From assembly GCA_950097015.1 (NCBI GenBank), contig CATNEN010000038.1:28024001-28088000 (forward strand): a DNA stretch of 64,000 nt. Reading direction: 5' to 3'. Below are positions 24,045 to 38,700 of this stretch, one piece after another. The stretch's first letter is position 1. Every line of letters begins with the position of its first letter. The stretch comes from Macrostomum hystrix. Lineage: Eukaryota > Animalia > Platyhelminthes. Made by a program: the position numbers and the translations under genes. The notes below the pieces were generated by a model. It did no database searches and was not told the DNA's origin. It was given only the letters and a program-made list of their open reading frames with translations.

Positions 24045-25107
24045 ATTTAATCGGCATTTTGATATTTTAATCACTTGCTACTTATCAGTAGCAAATAAAG
24101 CAAATTGTACAAGAAATCATTTGCCTAACGTCAAGCAACAAACCAAGAAAATAAATATTCAGAATATTGTGTCTTTTATATTTTTTAGTCGGATGACCGG
24201 ATGACAAGCGTCTCACTAGTTGTCCTACTGTCTCTGGGGGAAATATTTTAAATAACCACATTTCCCGTAAGGTGGTCTCTCTACGTTTCATGTGAATGTT
24301 TAAAATGTCTAGCCATCGTTTGGACTGTCATGTAAACAAGTGCAAAAAATTCGCTAAAAAAGAAATCTACTCGCGGTACAAAAGCAGTTTGTAACAAATC
24401 CATGTAGAAAAGACAGTGATTTTGATCACAAAATAACAAAGAGCATTAGCAATTTTTAAGCACAGATCAGTGGCAGTTTGTCTTAAGGCACACTGAAGTG
24501 AAGTTTGTTAGTGAAGATTCTGGCAGATAATGCTTAAAAATCGGCGCATTATAGATTCTAAATAAATAAATAAACAATGACATGCATTGTAATATACTTT
24601 TTACCATAGACAAACTGTTTAGTAGTTTAACTAAGACAGAAGCCGTATTATAATCAAGTAACAATGTCTATAAGTTTGACAACCGCAGCTTTATTGGCAC
24701 ATAATACATTAAAACTATAAATAAAATGGAAGTAGATGTACTCGTAGTACATTATTAGTATATTCGTATTTATTCATAATTTGCCCAAAACCATTTAAAT
24801 ACTTTGTCTTATGGATATAACTTTGCTTGGCTACCAGTTTTACTAAGAAAGAAGTACAGGCTACAGAAAATCACCAAAGAACTACATGAGGCTGAAAGCA
24901 TTCAAAATAACCATACTTTATTTAAACAGGCATTATTATATGACACTAATGCATGACTAAACCATTGTCCGTATTGCGACATCTGGAATTCACATTGAGT
25001 CGCATTTTTTTAATCTTACTCAGTATTCCCTGTTAGCAATTTGTGTAATGCAATGTTTAATTGTAAAATTTATTGAGAGCAAAAAATAATGACAGTGAAC
25101 TCGAAGG

Positions 25108-25860
25108 CAAGATAGAACAGGGTAGAGGGCGGAGATAGAACAGGGTAGAGGGCGGAGATAGAACAGGGTAGAGGGCGGAGATAGAACAGAGTAGAGGGCG
25201 GAGATAGAACAGGGTAGAAGAACGCGGAGATAGAACAGGGTAGAACGCGGAGATAGAACAGGGTAGAACGCGGAGATAGAACAGGGTAGAACGCGGAGAT
25301 AGAACAGGGTAGAGGGCGGAAATAGAACAGGGTAGAGGGCGGAAATAGAACAGGGCAGAAGGCGGAGATAGAACAGGGTAGAGGGCGGAGATAGAACAGA
25401 GTAGAGGGCGGAGATAGAACAGGGTAGAACGCGGAGATAGAACAGGGTAGAACGCGGAGATAGAACAGGGTAGAACGCGGAGATAGAACAGGGTAGAGGG
25501 CGGAAATAGAACAGGGTAGAGGGCGGAAATAGAACAGGGTAGAGGGCGGAGATAGAACAGAGTAGAGGGCGGAGATAGAACAGAGTAGAGGGCGGAGATA
25601 GAACAGGGTAGAAGAACGCGGAGATAGAACAGGGTAGAACGCGGAGATAGAACAGGGTAGAACGCGGAGATAGAACAGGGTAGAGGGCGGAAATAGAACA
25701 GGGTAGAGGGCGGAAATAGAACAGGGTAGAGGGCGGAAATAGAACAGGGCAGAAGGCGGAGATAGAACAGGGTAGAACGCGGAGATAGAACAGGGTAGAG
25801 GGCGGAGATAGAACAGGGTAGAACGCGGAGATAGAACAGGGTAGAGGGCGGAAATAGAAG
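25108..25860. repeat. 22/23-bp minisatellite (gcggagatagaacagggtagagg)
   Basis: Immediately 3' of the SLC37A stop codon. Confidence 0.95.
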
Positions 25861-25955
25861 GCTAGACACAAACGCTAGCTTAGCTTGGAACAAATAATCC
25901 TATAATACAACGCAATGGAACGCAATGAAAGCAGTAAAGGCAAGATGGTACTCAG

Positions 25956-28900
25956 TCAGTACCTGGCAATAGACAGCAGCAATACAGCGGTGGCCAGGGC
26001 GGCCAGTGTGACAATCCTCATTCCATTGCATTGCATCCTATAGACTGTGAGGCTGAGCAGTTGTCCAGTTCCAATGCTGCCATTGGCTTCGGCTCTGAAC
26101 CAGACCCACAGGCTGATGACCAAGGCTGCCAGATCGGCTCCGATCAGCATGTAGAAGACATTGCGCCAGCCTGTGCGCACAATCAGGCCAGTCAGCAGGG
26201 GCCCGAAAGCGGCGCCCAAACTGCCGGCGCCGTCAATAATAGCTGTGACGGTGGCTAGCGCGCGCGAAGACGAGCCGCAGGCGGTGCCGAGATCAGCGCT
26301 GACAGCCGTGGTGATTAGAGCATAGGGACCGTTGACGAAGCCGCCGGTGATGAATAGTAGCACTGCGACATTGTGGGCACTCTGAATCTTCCCTGAATAT
26401 TTCCTGAATCTTCCCTGAATATCTCATAAATTTTCCCTGAATATCTGCTGAATTTTCCCTGAATATCTCCTGAATCTCTTCAGATTTTTTCTAAATTTTT
26501 TCTGAATATCTTCTGAGCATCTCCCGAATCTCAAAATCTTTCCGAAATCTCTTTTATATTTCCCATGAATCTTTCCGAAATCTCTTGTCTGAAGATCTGA
26601 TGAATTTTTTCCTGAATCTTATGAATATTTTTTCATAATATCTTCTGATTCTGTAAATCCAGCTTACAGAAGTTAAATAGTTGTATACTGCTAATTGAAA
26701 CTCACCTATAGAGTGCGTTAGACTCATTCCGCCAAACTTCTCGTAGGCAAAAAGCTGGCAAAGAGGATTAGGTTAGAGAGAAAATTATTCTATATAACAA
26801 CACTAATGAGAAATTTTAAAGAAACAAAACTTGTTGATTATGGTGTTAAATCGTCAAGGAACACTTTATAGAAAAAGGTACAACTGTTCCAGTCCCACTT
26901 TCAGATCCCACAACAGTCCCACTTTCAGATCCCACAACAGTCCCACTTTCACATCCCACAACAGTCCCACTTTCACATCCCACAACAGTCCCACTTTCAG
27001 ATCCCACAACAGTCCCACTTTCAGATCCCACAACAGTCCCACTTTCAGATCCCACAACAGTCCCACTTTCAGATCCCATAACAGTCGCACTTTCAGATCC
27101 CACAACAGTCCCACTTTCAGATCCCATAACGGTCCCAGTTTAAGATCCCACAACAGTCCCAGTTTAAGATCCCATAACAGTCCCACTTTCAGATCCCACA
27201 ACAGTCCCACTTTCAGATCCCACAACAGTCCCACTTTCAGAACCCCTAACAGTCCCAGTTTAAGATCCCACAACAGTCCCAGTTTTAGATCCCACAACAG
27301 TCCCAGTTTTAGATCCCACAACAGTCCCAGTTTCAGATCCCATAACAGTCCCACTTTCAGAACCCCTAACAGTCCCAGTTTAAGATCCCACAACAGCGCC
27401 AATTTGAGATCTCCCAAAACTATCAATTATAAATCCTCAAAGCTTTGATTCCATAGAAGCTTCAGTGTCGTGTCCAGAAAATGAAAAAGTATTGATTAAC
27501 AGTTTTTATCCCAGCAAACAATTAATTCCGTACCATAGGCGCGGCCAGCAGTAGCATCAAGGCGCAGGTGGCTGCCCTTTTCCCACTCCAATCGCTGAGC
27601 ACACCAGCGGCGATACCGCCCGCAATGCCACCCAGATCGAACAGAGTAGACAGAAACGCGCTTTTCTCCGGATCTAAACCGTTGGAATGCTTGATGTAGT
27701 TCGGCAGCCAGTATAGGAACGTGTAGCTCACCAGTTTGGCAAAGAATAAGCACATTGAGTACTCAATGACGCCCTGTGGAACAGTGAGTGATGAAGATTT
27801 TTCTAATCAAATACAATGCCAGATATTCCCAAGCTGGGATCAGAGAATAATGCCAGAAATTTCTAAGTGGGATCAGAGAACGATGCCAAATATTCCCAAA
27901 ATGGAGATAGGAGAACTATGCCACATATTCCCAAATTGGGATCAGAGGATAATGCCAGATATTCCCAAATGGGGATCAGAGGATAATGCCAGATATTCCC
28001 AAATGGGGATCAGAGAACTATGCCAGATATTCCCAAATGGGGATCAGAGGATAATGCCAGATATTCCCAAATGGGGATCAGAGAACTATGCCAGATATTT
28101 CCAAATGGGGATTAGAGGTCAATGCCAGATATTCCCAAATGGGGATTAGAGAACTATGCCAGATATTTCCAAATGGGGATTAGAGGTCAATGCCAGATAT
28201 TCCCAAATTGGGATCAGAGGATAATGCCAGATATTCCCAAATGGGGATCAGAGAACTATGCCAGATATTCCCAAATGGGGATCAGAGAATAATGCCAGAT
28301 ATTCCCAAAATGGAGATAGGAGAACTATGCCACATATTCCCAAATTGGGATCAGAGGATAATGCCAGATATTCCCAAATGGGGATCAGAGAACTATGCCA
28401 GATATTCCCAAATGGGGATCAGAGAATAATGCCAGATATTCCCAAATGGGGATCAGAGAATAATGCCAGATATTCCCAAAATGGAGATAGGAGAACTATG
28501 CCACATATTCCCAAATTGGGATCAGAGGATAATGCCAGATATTCCCAAATGGGGATCAGAGGATAATGCCAGATATTCCCAAATGGGGATCAGAGAACTT
28601 TTCCAGATATTCCCAAATGGGATCAGAGAACAATGCCAGATATTCCCAAATGGGGATTAGAGGTCAATGCCAGATATTCCCAAATGGGAAACATCCCAAA
28701 AGGCATCAAGGATCAAAGAAAAGTCTTTAAGGATCTCGAATTTCCCAAAAAGCGTCAATCCCAAATGCAAAACAAAAAGAAACAGACAGGAATTTTCAGC
28801 GCTCCACAAAAGCCGATAGCCTGCGAGCTCTTCGTAGAACCACCGCCGCGAGATTCCAGCAGCAGTGGTCGTGAGCTGGCTGTTGCTGCCTCCTCCGAGG

Positions 28901-31900
28901 AGACGCCAGTCTCAGAATCAGCGTCTAGAATGGCATCTGACTCAGAAATTGTTGTCAATTTTGAAGCCATTTGAGCTGAATTATTCGATTTAGTTGTTGA
29001 AATAGCAGCTGGCTGGTTTGAGACCCACGATTGCTCGCCAGGCTTTGGCTTGGCTTCAGTTGTGATTTCCTGGTTAAATTGGTGGGCATGCATTTCTTTC
29101 TAGCCGTTTAACTACATATATTTAACTCTTAAGTATAATACAAGTACATTTTCACATATGCAGGGGCGAAATTTTGCCAGTCCAATCACAGCAGGATATA
29201 TTTATACCACTCTGATCCCATCTGGGGATATTTATACCACCCTGATCCTATCTGGGGATATTTATACCACACTGATCCCATCTGGGGATATTTATACCAC
29301 CCTGATCCCATCTGGAGATATTTATACCACCCTGATCCTATCTGGGGATATTTATACCACCCTGGTCCTATCTGGGGATATTTATACCACACTGATCCCA
29401 TCTGGGGATATTTATACCACCCTGATCCCATCTGGGGATATTTATACCACCCTGATCCCATCTGGGATATTTATACCACCCTGATCCTATCTGGGGATAT
29501 TTATACCACCCTGATCCCATCTGGGGATAGTTATACCACCCTGATCCTATCTGGGGATTTAAACCACCCTGATCCCATCTGGGGATAGTTATACCACCCT
29601 GATCCCATCTGGGGATAGTTATACCACCCTGATCCTATCTGGGGATTTAAACCACCCTGATTCCATCTAAGGATATCTATACCACCCTGATCCCATCTGG
29701 GGATAGTTATACCACCCTGATCCTATCTGGGGATATTTATACCACCCTGATCCCATCTGGGGATAGTTATACCACCCTGATCCCATCTGGGGATAGTTAT
29801 ACCACCCTGATCCTATCTGGGGATTTAAACCACCCTGATTCCATCTAAGGATATCTATACCACCCTGATCCCATCTGGGGATATTTATACCACCCTGATC
29901 CTATCTGGGGATTTAAACCACCCTGATCCCATCTGGGGATATTTATACCACCCTGATCCTATCTGGGGATATTTATACCACCCTGATCCCATCTGGGATA
30001 TTTATACCACCCTGATCCTATCTGGGGATAGATGTATACCACTTTGATCCCAACAAGGGGATAAATTGACACCACTCTGATCCCATCTAGGGGATGTATT
30101 TACACCACTCTGATCCCATCTAGGGAATATATTTACACCACTCTGATCCCATCTAGCGCATATATTTATACCACTCTGACCCGATCTAGGGGTATAAATT
30201 ATACCACTCCATGTAAACTCATCGTTAACGTTTGAACTTTTAAAATGCACTCACAATGCTGAACTCGTAGGGCGAAGGTAGTCCAACATCAGAAGGATCT
30301 TGAAAGACAGAAATATCGAAATCAGTTAAACAAATGTCTTTGATTTCATATAAAATCGCAATATAAAAACTTACAAGGCACTAAAAACAGCAGACAAAGA
30401 AGGCCTAGAAATGCTATTAGGGCGCCAGGCACAATAAAACTCAGCCCCCAGGACATGTTGACAAACAAGCCAGCCAGAATGCTTCCCAGAATGTTGCCGG
30501 TGGATGTGTGGCTGTTCCACACGCCCATGATGAAACCGCGCCTGCAAAATATTGTGCCACTTCAGGATCTAGATTTGCCATTATCAACAAACGAACGATT
30601 CGAAAGTTAACGACCTGAAGGATTCGGAAGTAAAGGCCCTGAAGGTTATTAAAAAAGGAGTCCTGAAGGATTTTAAAGTAGATGCCCTGAAGGATTTGGA
30701 AGTAGATGCCCTGAAGGATTTGGAAGTAGATGCCCAGAAGGATTTGGAAGTAGATGCCCTGAAGGATTTGGAAGTAGATGCCCTGAAGGATTTGGAAGTA
30801 GATGCCCAGAAGGATTTGGAAGTAGATGCCCTGAAGGATTTGGAAGTAGAGGCCCTGAAGGATGCGAAATTAGAGGTCCTGAAGGATGTGGAAGTAGATG
30901 CCCTGAAGGATTCGGAAGTAGAGGTCCTGAAGGATTTGAAGTTGATGCCCTGAAGGATGTGAAATTAGAGGTCCTGAAGGATGTGAAATTAGAGGTCCTG
31001 AAGGATGTGGAAGAAGAGGTCCTGAAGGATGTGGAAGAAAAGGTCCTGAAGGATATGGAACTTTAGGTCCTAAAGGATGTGAAAAAAAACACAAATAGCT
31101 ACTCTATACTAACCTTCCCTTGCCGAACCAGTTGCCCATGCAGGCTACAACGCTTGGCCATCCGGTGGCCTGGAACAGACCACCTGTGATCTGAAGATGG
31201 TGGAAGTTGTTCTTTTTAGGAGGATTTTGTTTTAGGAATTGTATTGTGTGCTTGGTATGGGATTTCAGGTGAGATAGGTATGGAATTTCAGGTGTGATTG
31301 GTATGGGATTTCATGTGTGATTGGTATGGGATTTCAGGTGAGATAGGTATGGGATTTCAGGTGAGATAGGTATGGAATTTCAGGTGTGATTGGTATGGGA
31401 TTTCATGTGTGATTGGTATGGGATTTCAGGTGAGATAGGTATGGGATTTCAGGTGAGATAGGTATGGGATTTCAGGTGTGATTGGTATGGGATTCCAGGT
31501 GTGATTGGTATGGGATTTCAGGTGTGATTGGTATGGGATTCCAGGTGTGATTGGTATGGGATTTCATGTGTGATTGGTATGGGATTTCAGGTGAGATAGG
31601 TATGGGATTTCAGGTGAGATAGGTATGGGATTTCAGGTGTGATTGGTATGGGATTCCAGGTGTGATTGGTATGGGATTCCAGGTGTGATTGGTATGGGAT
31701 TTCAGGTGTGATTGGTATGGGATTTCATGTGTGATTGGTATGGGATTTCAGGTGAGATATGTATAGGATTTCAGGTGTGATTGGTATGGGATTTCAGGTG
31801 AGATAGGTATGGGATTTCAGGAGAGATAGGTATGGGATTTCAGGTGTGATTGGTATGGGATTTCATGTGTGATTGGTATGGGATTTCAGGTGAGATAGGT

Positions 31901-34437
31901 ATGGGATTTCAGGTGAGATAGGTATGGGATTTCAGGTGTGATTGGTATGGGATTCCAGGTGTGATTGGTATGGGATTTCAGGTGTGATTGGTATGGGATT
32001 CCAGGTGTGATTGGTATGGGATTTCATGTGTGATTGGTATGGGATTTCAGGTGAGATAGGTATGGGATTTCAGGTGAGATAGGTATGGGATTTCAGGTGT
32101 GATTGGTATGGGATTCCAGGTGTGATTGGTATGGGATTCCAGGTGTGATTGGTATGGGATTTCAGGTGTGATTGGTATGGGATTTCATGTGTGATTGGTA
32201 TGGGATTTCAGGTGAGATATGTATAGGATTTCAGGTGTGATTGGTATGGGATTTCAGGTGAGATAGGTATGGGATTTCAGGAGAGATAGGTATGGGATTT
32301 CAGGTGAGATAGGTATGGGATTTCAGGTGAGATAGGTATGGGATTTCAGGTGAGATAGGTAAGGGATTTCAGGTAATTAGCGTGCGACTAAAAAATTTTA
32401 AAGCGAACAAACCTGAACTAGCAAAAAGTAGGTCATGCTGTGCACATCCCAATAATAGCCAAAACCAAAGAGGGCCGTTGTCAATCCGCTTAGCAACATG
32501 CCACAGCCAAGGAAGTAGCGGAGATTGGTTCGCTCTGCGATGTGGCCACTGCGAAAAAAACGAGTGATTTAAAAATATTTTTTTGTAGCAGTATCCATAG
32601 CAGTATCCATGTTAAACAATGTCAATTACCTGACAAGCATTCCAACAGCATAGGCAAACAAATAGGCATATTCAAGCGATCCAAGGAGTTGGGTATAATC
32701 TTCTCCATCTGTACGAAAATATATTTGCTTTTTTAGTCACTACTGAACTTGCTACTTAAAGTAGTTAAACATGTTTCTATAAATTTAAACTCTTACCAAA
32801 TGGTTTCCAGCTGCAGAAGGTCCTGTTTTTTGCTGTCAATATTAGACCCTTTGATGCTGCAATAGCTTTGCAATCTCTGTGCAACACACTCTAAAAATGT
32901 ATTTTTAGACATCATCTAATTATTGCATACTATTTTAATACTTCTATTTGTACATTGTGAAATAAACTTACCTTCACAACAGAGATAGGCTTTCTAGATA
33001 GATGGTAAGCTGTGTAGCAGGCAAATGTGAAGACAAGAATGAAGGATTGATACCTACAATTTTTTTTATTTTAGACTTAAAATTAAAAAGTTTTGATGTT
33101 GTAATTAAGGCTTGAATCAAATATACAATCACATTGGTACAATAAAAAAGTTTACTATAATCAATATATAAGCATAGTAAGATATAATTAGATATAAAAA
33201 GTTTGAGCATAGCTATTTAGTTTAAGAAGGATTATTATCACATATTTTTATGTTAAAATATACTAATTGGACATCTTTTACCACTATATAACAAAACATA
33301 GTTATTAGAAACTTTAACAGTCTAGTATATAACTAAAATTAACACTTAGAATTAATAACACTATATCTAAACAATAAAAATCTTATTAATAATGTTTATT
33401 GCATTAATTTGAACAAAAACAAAGTATAGATAATCAAGCTAAATTTATAATCAGACAATCAGAGCTATTTCATTTAAGTTTAAGGGTCAAGTAAGCTAAA
33501 CAACTTAGTTAAGTGTGCCTAGTTAGCAGAGAAAGTTGCTAATATTTATCTATGGAAAGAGGTGGCACCATAGATTTTCATTTAGGTGGCTCTCAAACAG
33601 GGAATTGAAAGCTTCATACATTGACCTGAATTTGACCTTGGTATAAGCCAAAGTTGCCTCAAATCTGTTGGTATGTGGATCATATGGTTGTTAGGATCCA
33701 AAACAGCCCATGGTTCACAGTTGCATGGTTTAACATGGCCTTTAGTCCTGATCATGCTGGCCATATGCCAGAAGAAATTTGACATGCCTTCGTTATGTTA
33801 TACCAAATTACAACAAGTGGAAAACTGAGCCTGAAACTTTATCAAAATTGTGCCAATCATAAAAGAATACCCAGAACAAAAAAAGTGTTTTTAACAGATG
33901 TTCTATTAAAAAAATATATGTAACTATAAATGATAATCCTCAATCCTGCAATGCTTTAAATGTGTGATTAAAAGCAATCATGAACAGTAACAAAGAGCAA
34001 AAACTTAATAGAAAAGAGCCCAACAACACTAGTGACTAAGGGACTAGAGAATTTGATAGTAATTTATTATGGTAAACTAGGCTAGTTAACAAATCATAAA
34101 AACTTTAAATAAAAAAGGATTGCTAAATTATATATAAGTAAATGACAATTCCTAATATAGGCCTAACATAACAATTTTGCTGTTTTTCTTGCCCCCCTAC
34201 CCAATAATACTACCATCCACTATAGTATGATTAGCATTAAAAAAGAAACTTATTTAATTTTAAAACAATTTTGGTTTCTTTTATGAAAATATTCTACATC
34301 TGCAAGTACAAAACTTAATAACATATCAATGAGCAGAGCAAAGCTATATAAAAATTATAGAACTCTTACATATAAAAACGTCTTCTTGTAAGCCCCGAAT
34401 CGTATTGCATATTGTAAGTGAACACTGAAGTCGGCAT
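25956..34437 (-). CDS. SLC37A2: MFS sugar-phosphate/phosphate exchanger, SLC37A1/2 type, about 574 aa
   Basis: Twelve phase-consistent exons: 34437-34370, 33053-32972, 32890-32797, 32708-32630, 32548-32413, 31190-31114, 30541-30375, 30298-30255, 29069-28788, 27773-27534, 26754-26706, 26362-25956. Motifs YHLSRKPISVVK, GWPSVVACMGNWFGKG, GVWNSHTSTGNILG, FFAKLVSYTFLYWLP, NGPYALITTAVSADLG, TVTAIIDGAGSLGAA. Confidence 0.9.
26890..27410. repeat. 24-bp minisatellite (cagtcccactttcagatcccacaa)
   Basis: SLC37A intron. Confidence 0.95.
27815..28690. repeat. 34-bp minisatellite (atgccagatattcccaaatggggatcagagaact)
   Basis: SLC37A intron. Confidence 0.95.
29195..30210. repeat. 30-bp minisatellite (gatatttataccaccctgatcccatctggg)
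   Basis: SLC37A intron. Confidence 0.95.
30610..31080. repeat. 24-bp minisatellite (cctgaaggatttggaagtagatgc)
   Basis: SLC37A intron. Confidence 0.92.
31254..32375. repeat. 23-bp minisatellite (ggtatgggatttcaggtgtgatt)
   Basis: SLC37A intron; a rare variant recurs at 460-bp spacing. Confidence 0.96.
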
Positions 34438-35746
34438 TTTTATAACTAAAAACACACTAGATCGATCGATCAAATCAACTTATAAGGAAAGTTAGGAAAC
34501 AGCTCTATATATTGAGTGATCAGATTACTAGGAAACGACAAAACTGTCATTAAGACAGAAATCGTAGGATGGAATAGGATAGGTTTAAAGATATTTGTTT
34601 AAAAAACTCTAAACGGGATCTTTAGGTGGTCATAGGCCTAATACGTACAACACAACTCTCTGACAAGTGACCAGGTTTTAAATCCTGGTCATGTATGCCT
34701 GCATATGAATACAATTTACAAGAAAAGACAAGTTTTTAAATAGTCCAATATGCACTTTTATTCGCTATAACAAAAGCTCTGCAATACGGAGAAAAAATCA
34801 TGAAAGTTATTACTAAGTAAATTATAACATATTAAGTATAAAGTTCGAAAACACTTTCATGTTGTTTTGCTATAAAAAAGGTTATAGAAAGCAAAACGAA
34901 AAAAACAAAGTTAAAAAAAACATGGTTTCCTTCCGGCGTTTTGATCATAAATCAGCCTGAATGTTTTCTAAATTAATTTTAATGAACGTTACGTCTATAA
35001 AAATGTTGTATTGTAAAAACATAAGCTAATACTTATAATGTCGTTTTGCAAAATACTTTTTTAGTAAATTTTGCATTGGTTATCAAATGAGCACTGTAGT
35101 ACTTATGTGCCTCATGAGTAGTTCAAGACTCTTAAACGCAGGAATAGCGGAAACTGTGCATTGTCATAAAAGAACATTTTCTTAACTAACGTAAGACTAA
35201 TATTCGTTTCAATCGTTGAATAATTTCTTTTTCCATCGTCTTAGAGTACAAAAATTGTACGATACAAGTAGTTGCCCTACTACAAGCATAACAATAATAA
35301 AAATAATTTACTTGACAAATAAATAGTTGGCCATGTTACATCTTTCAGCCCTTATTAATTAAGTCGAAATGTACATGCACTGTATAAGCAGTAAATTCAG
35401 CTGTAAATAAAATTATCACTATTCCCGAATATAACTAAAATACTATATTCTGATCGATTCACAGAAGGCATGCGCACATCAAAACAAGCGTAATGTGATG
35501 CAGCGCTTAAAATGTTCGATTTTACTTCACTTTACTTACTTTACTTGATATAAAACACAATAATCCACATTAATTTCCAGAACTAAAAAACTTTTGGAAG
35601 CAGCAATTGCCATTAATTTTTATCTGCTCGAGAAAACGCGCTTCCGATGTTATTTAATTTTCGATTTCTATGTCTGCTAGAAATATTCGCAACTTAGATT
35701 GTCGTTTACAGTATAAGATAAATGCTTAAGTGCACAGTTAAAACTC

Positions 35747-38700
35747 TTAAGGTTTCGGAGACAACGCGTTGAGCTCCATTAGGAGGCTGCGATAGACGGA
35801 AGAATCTGTATCTGGGCCCAACTTACTGGCGTAGACAATCAGGCCGGCTTTGTTGAACATTAGAATGGCTGTTACAGAGTAGCTGACAAGATCGTTGGAC
35901 ACTGATTGAACCTTGGCAAACAGCCAATTGCCATTCGAGTTGTGAGCATCGGTCAATTCTATTCCGGGCCGCACAGCGTCAGTTGCATCGGGCTCCAAAT
36001 CCTCTGAATCCTCCACAGCGTTGTGACTCTTGGCTGGTGGAGTTTTCGGTTTCGGCGCCACTGGCGGTGGAATCTTGCCAGCAGTATTTGTTGTTTTCCC
36101 GGCTTTTTCGACTGCTAATTTTTTGTCCGAGCCAACATTTTTGGGTCCGCTTGAGCGCAGCTTTTTCTCAGCTAGGATTCGCTCGCCAATGAAACCCAAG
36201 GCATTCGTGCTCTTCAGTTCAGGGTCCTGAGCGGGTTTCAAAGAAGTCATCAAGCATGCAATTTGTTCCTTACACTGTCCAATCCGTATCCTGCCCTGTC
36301 CAATCTGTATCATGCACTGTCCAATCTGTATATCCTGCACTGTTCAATCTGTATCATGCACTGTCCAATCTGTATCCTACACTGTCCAATCTGTATCCTG
36401 CACTGTCCAATCTGTATCCTGCACTGTCCAATCTGTATCCTGCACTGTCCAATCTGTATCCTGCACTGTCCAATCTGTATCCTACACTGTCCAATCTGTA
36501 TCCTACACTGTCCAATCTGTATCCTGCACTGTCCAATCTGTATCCTGCACTGTCCAATCTGTATCCTGCACTGTCCAATCTGTATCATGCACTGTCCAAT
36601 CTGTATCCTGCACTGTCCAATCTGAATCCTGCACTGTCCAATCTGTATCCTGCACTGTCCAATCTGTATCATGCACTGTCCAATCTGTATCCTGCACTGT
36701 TCAATCTGTATCCTGCACTGTCCAATCTGTATCATGCACTGTCCAATCTGTATCCTGCACTGTCCAATCTGTATCATGCACTGCCCAATTCAGCAAATGA
36801 AATAAACAAGTCCTACTTCTTACATTTAAAGTCTTCAATTTGAAGTCGCTGCCGTATTTGACCATCTTTTCGTTGAACCACTTCACCAGACCGTTGTCGT
36901 CAAGTTCCTTCACCTGAGCGCCGCCGCCAAGCATCTCCTTGCGAACAAGCTGGGCATGCAGTCGCATCATGAGGAACACCAATGACAGGACGTTCTTGTT
37001 TTCGCCAGCGACAATATCGGCAGGTGTACAGCTGTTCTTTGAGATTCCATACTTTATAGCCGTATTCATCACTTCGTCACAGTTTGATATCCAAGTAAAT
37101 TTGCGCTTCGCTGAAGGTCTAACATCTTTGAGGTTGACTTTGGACCAATTGACGGAGCCTGGAATCATCGCGTCCCACACCTTCGGGTCGGTGCGACGGG
37201 TTTATTTTGCGACGTCAAGGTGAAGCAGTCATGATTTTTTATTTAAAGGTGAACTTCATTAGTTTTGTTAGAGATGAGTGACTGAGTTTTATAAATTATG
37301 TGTAATAACTTTTTCTGTGTCGTCATTTGGATTGAGTTTGTATGCTGGCTACTGTTAGTAGATTGGTTCGTTAGTGACGCTGTAGTGCTGTGCAAACTAT
37401 CTGCGTGCATTAAATTACAATCAGTACGTTATGCTAATTTGTCACCTAAGTTAACCTCACCTGAAGCAGAATACTGCCATTGCACAGGTCGCTTTTGAAT
37501 GACACAACAAGCGGCGATGGTCCGAATGAGTTCAGCCATCTAATTAGGGTATCCTCGCTAGCTCCGTACTTGCACATCGTCTTGAAATTCACCGACGGTG
37601 GCGGAGTCTTTGTTTTGCTAGCAGGAGCCGGTGTACTTGGCATGTTGATATTGGAATAGTTGACAAAGACGCTATAGATGAAAGCTACGTGGATCAGGTT
37701 GTTGTGCAGACCTTTGATGCTTGCCGATGACTGCTTGCCAGCGTTCACTATATGCTCGGCCTTGATTACGTTTGCGATCCCCAAACTGTTTGCATTTTTA
37801 ACTATTAATTCAGCCCTATTCAGCATGTCTGTCTCTGTCATGACGTCTTCAACCTTTGTCAGCGAAGATCTTTTGTTCTCCGGCGCCACTGTCCACAAAA
37901 GTACGGCGTAGACTCTACTATCGGCTAGGCTTTTACCGAAGTCTTTTAGTTCTTCACCTGTGCCAGCCTTTTTTAACTGATAGTTGACCCATAGAAGGAG
38001 CATTTTCTCGCGGTCGGTGGCTAGAATTGCACTGAAGTATAAGATACAGATTTTTTTAACACAATATCAACAGCAGGAGCGAGGTGGCACTGGGATCGGG
38101 ACAGAGAGTGATGTGGCTGTACGATGGGGCAGGGAGTGAGGTGGCTGTACGATGTGGCAGGGAGTGAGGTGGCTGTAGAATAGGGGCAGGATTTAGGTGG
38201 CTGCACAAGTGGAACAGGGAATGAGGTGGCAATAGAATGGGGCAAGAAGTGAGTGAGGTGGTTGTAGGATGACGCAAAGAGTGAGGTGGTTGTAGGATGA
38301 CGCAAAGAGTGAGGTGGTTGTAGGATGACGCAAAGAGTGAGGTGGTTGTAGGATGACGCAAAGAGTGAGGTGGTTGTAGGATGACGCAAAGAGTGAGGTG
38401 GTTGTAGGATGGGGCAAAGAGTGAGGTGGTTGTAGGATGACGCAAAGAGTGAGGTGGTTGTAGGATGGGGCAAGGAGTGAGGTGGTTGTAGGATGGGGTA
38501 AGAAGTAAGTGAGTTGGTTGTAGGATGGGGTAAGAAGTAAGTGAGGTGGTTGTAGGATGGTGCAGGATTTATGTGGCTGCACGAGTGGGACAGGGAGTGT
38601 GGTGGCTGTATGAGTAGGCGTAATATGTACACAGAGGACATTAAGCCTTACTTGGCCTCCTCTGCATTCGACCAGCCGTCAAACAAGTGGACCAGCTCTT

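Noticed and set aside
34668-34691. Hairpin tgaccagg-ttttaaat-cctggtca resembling a T arm
   Set aside because: B box is degenerate and there is no convincing A box or second copy; at most a decayed SINE head.
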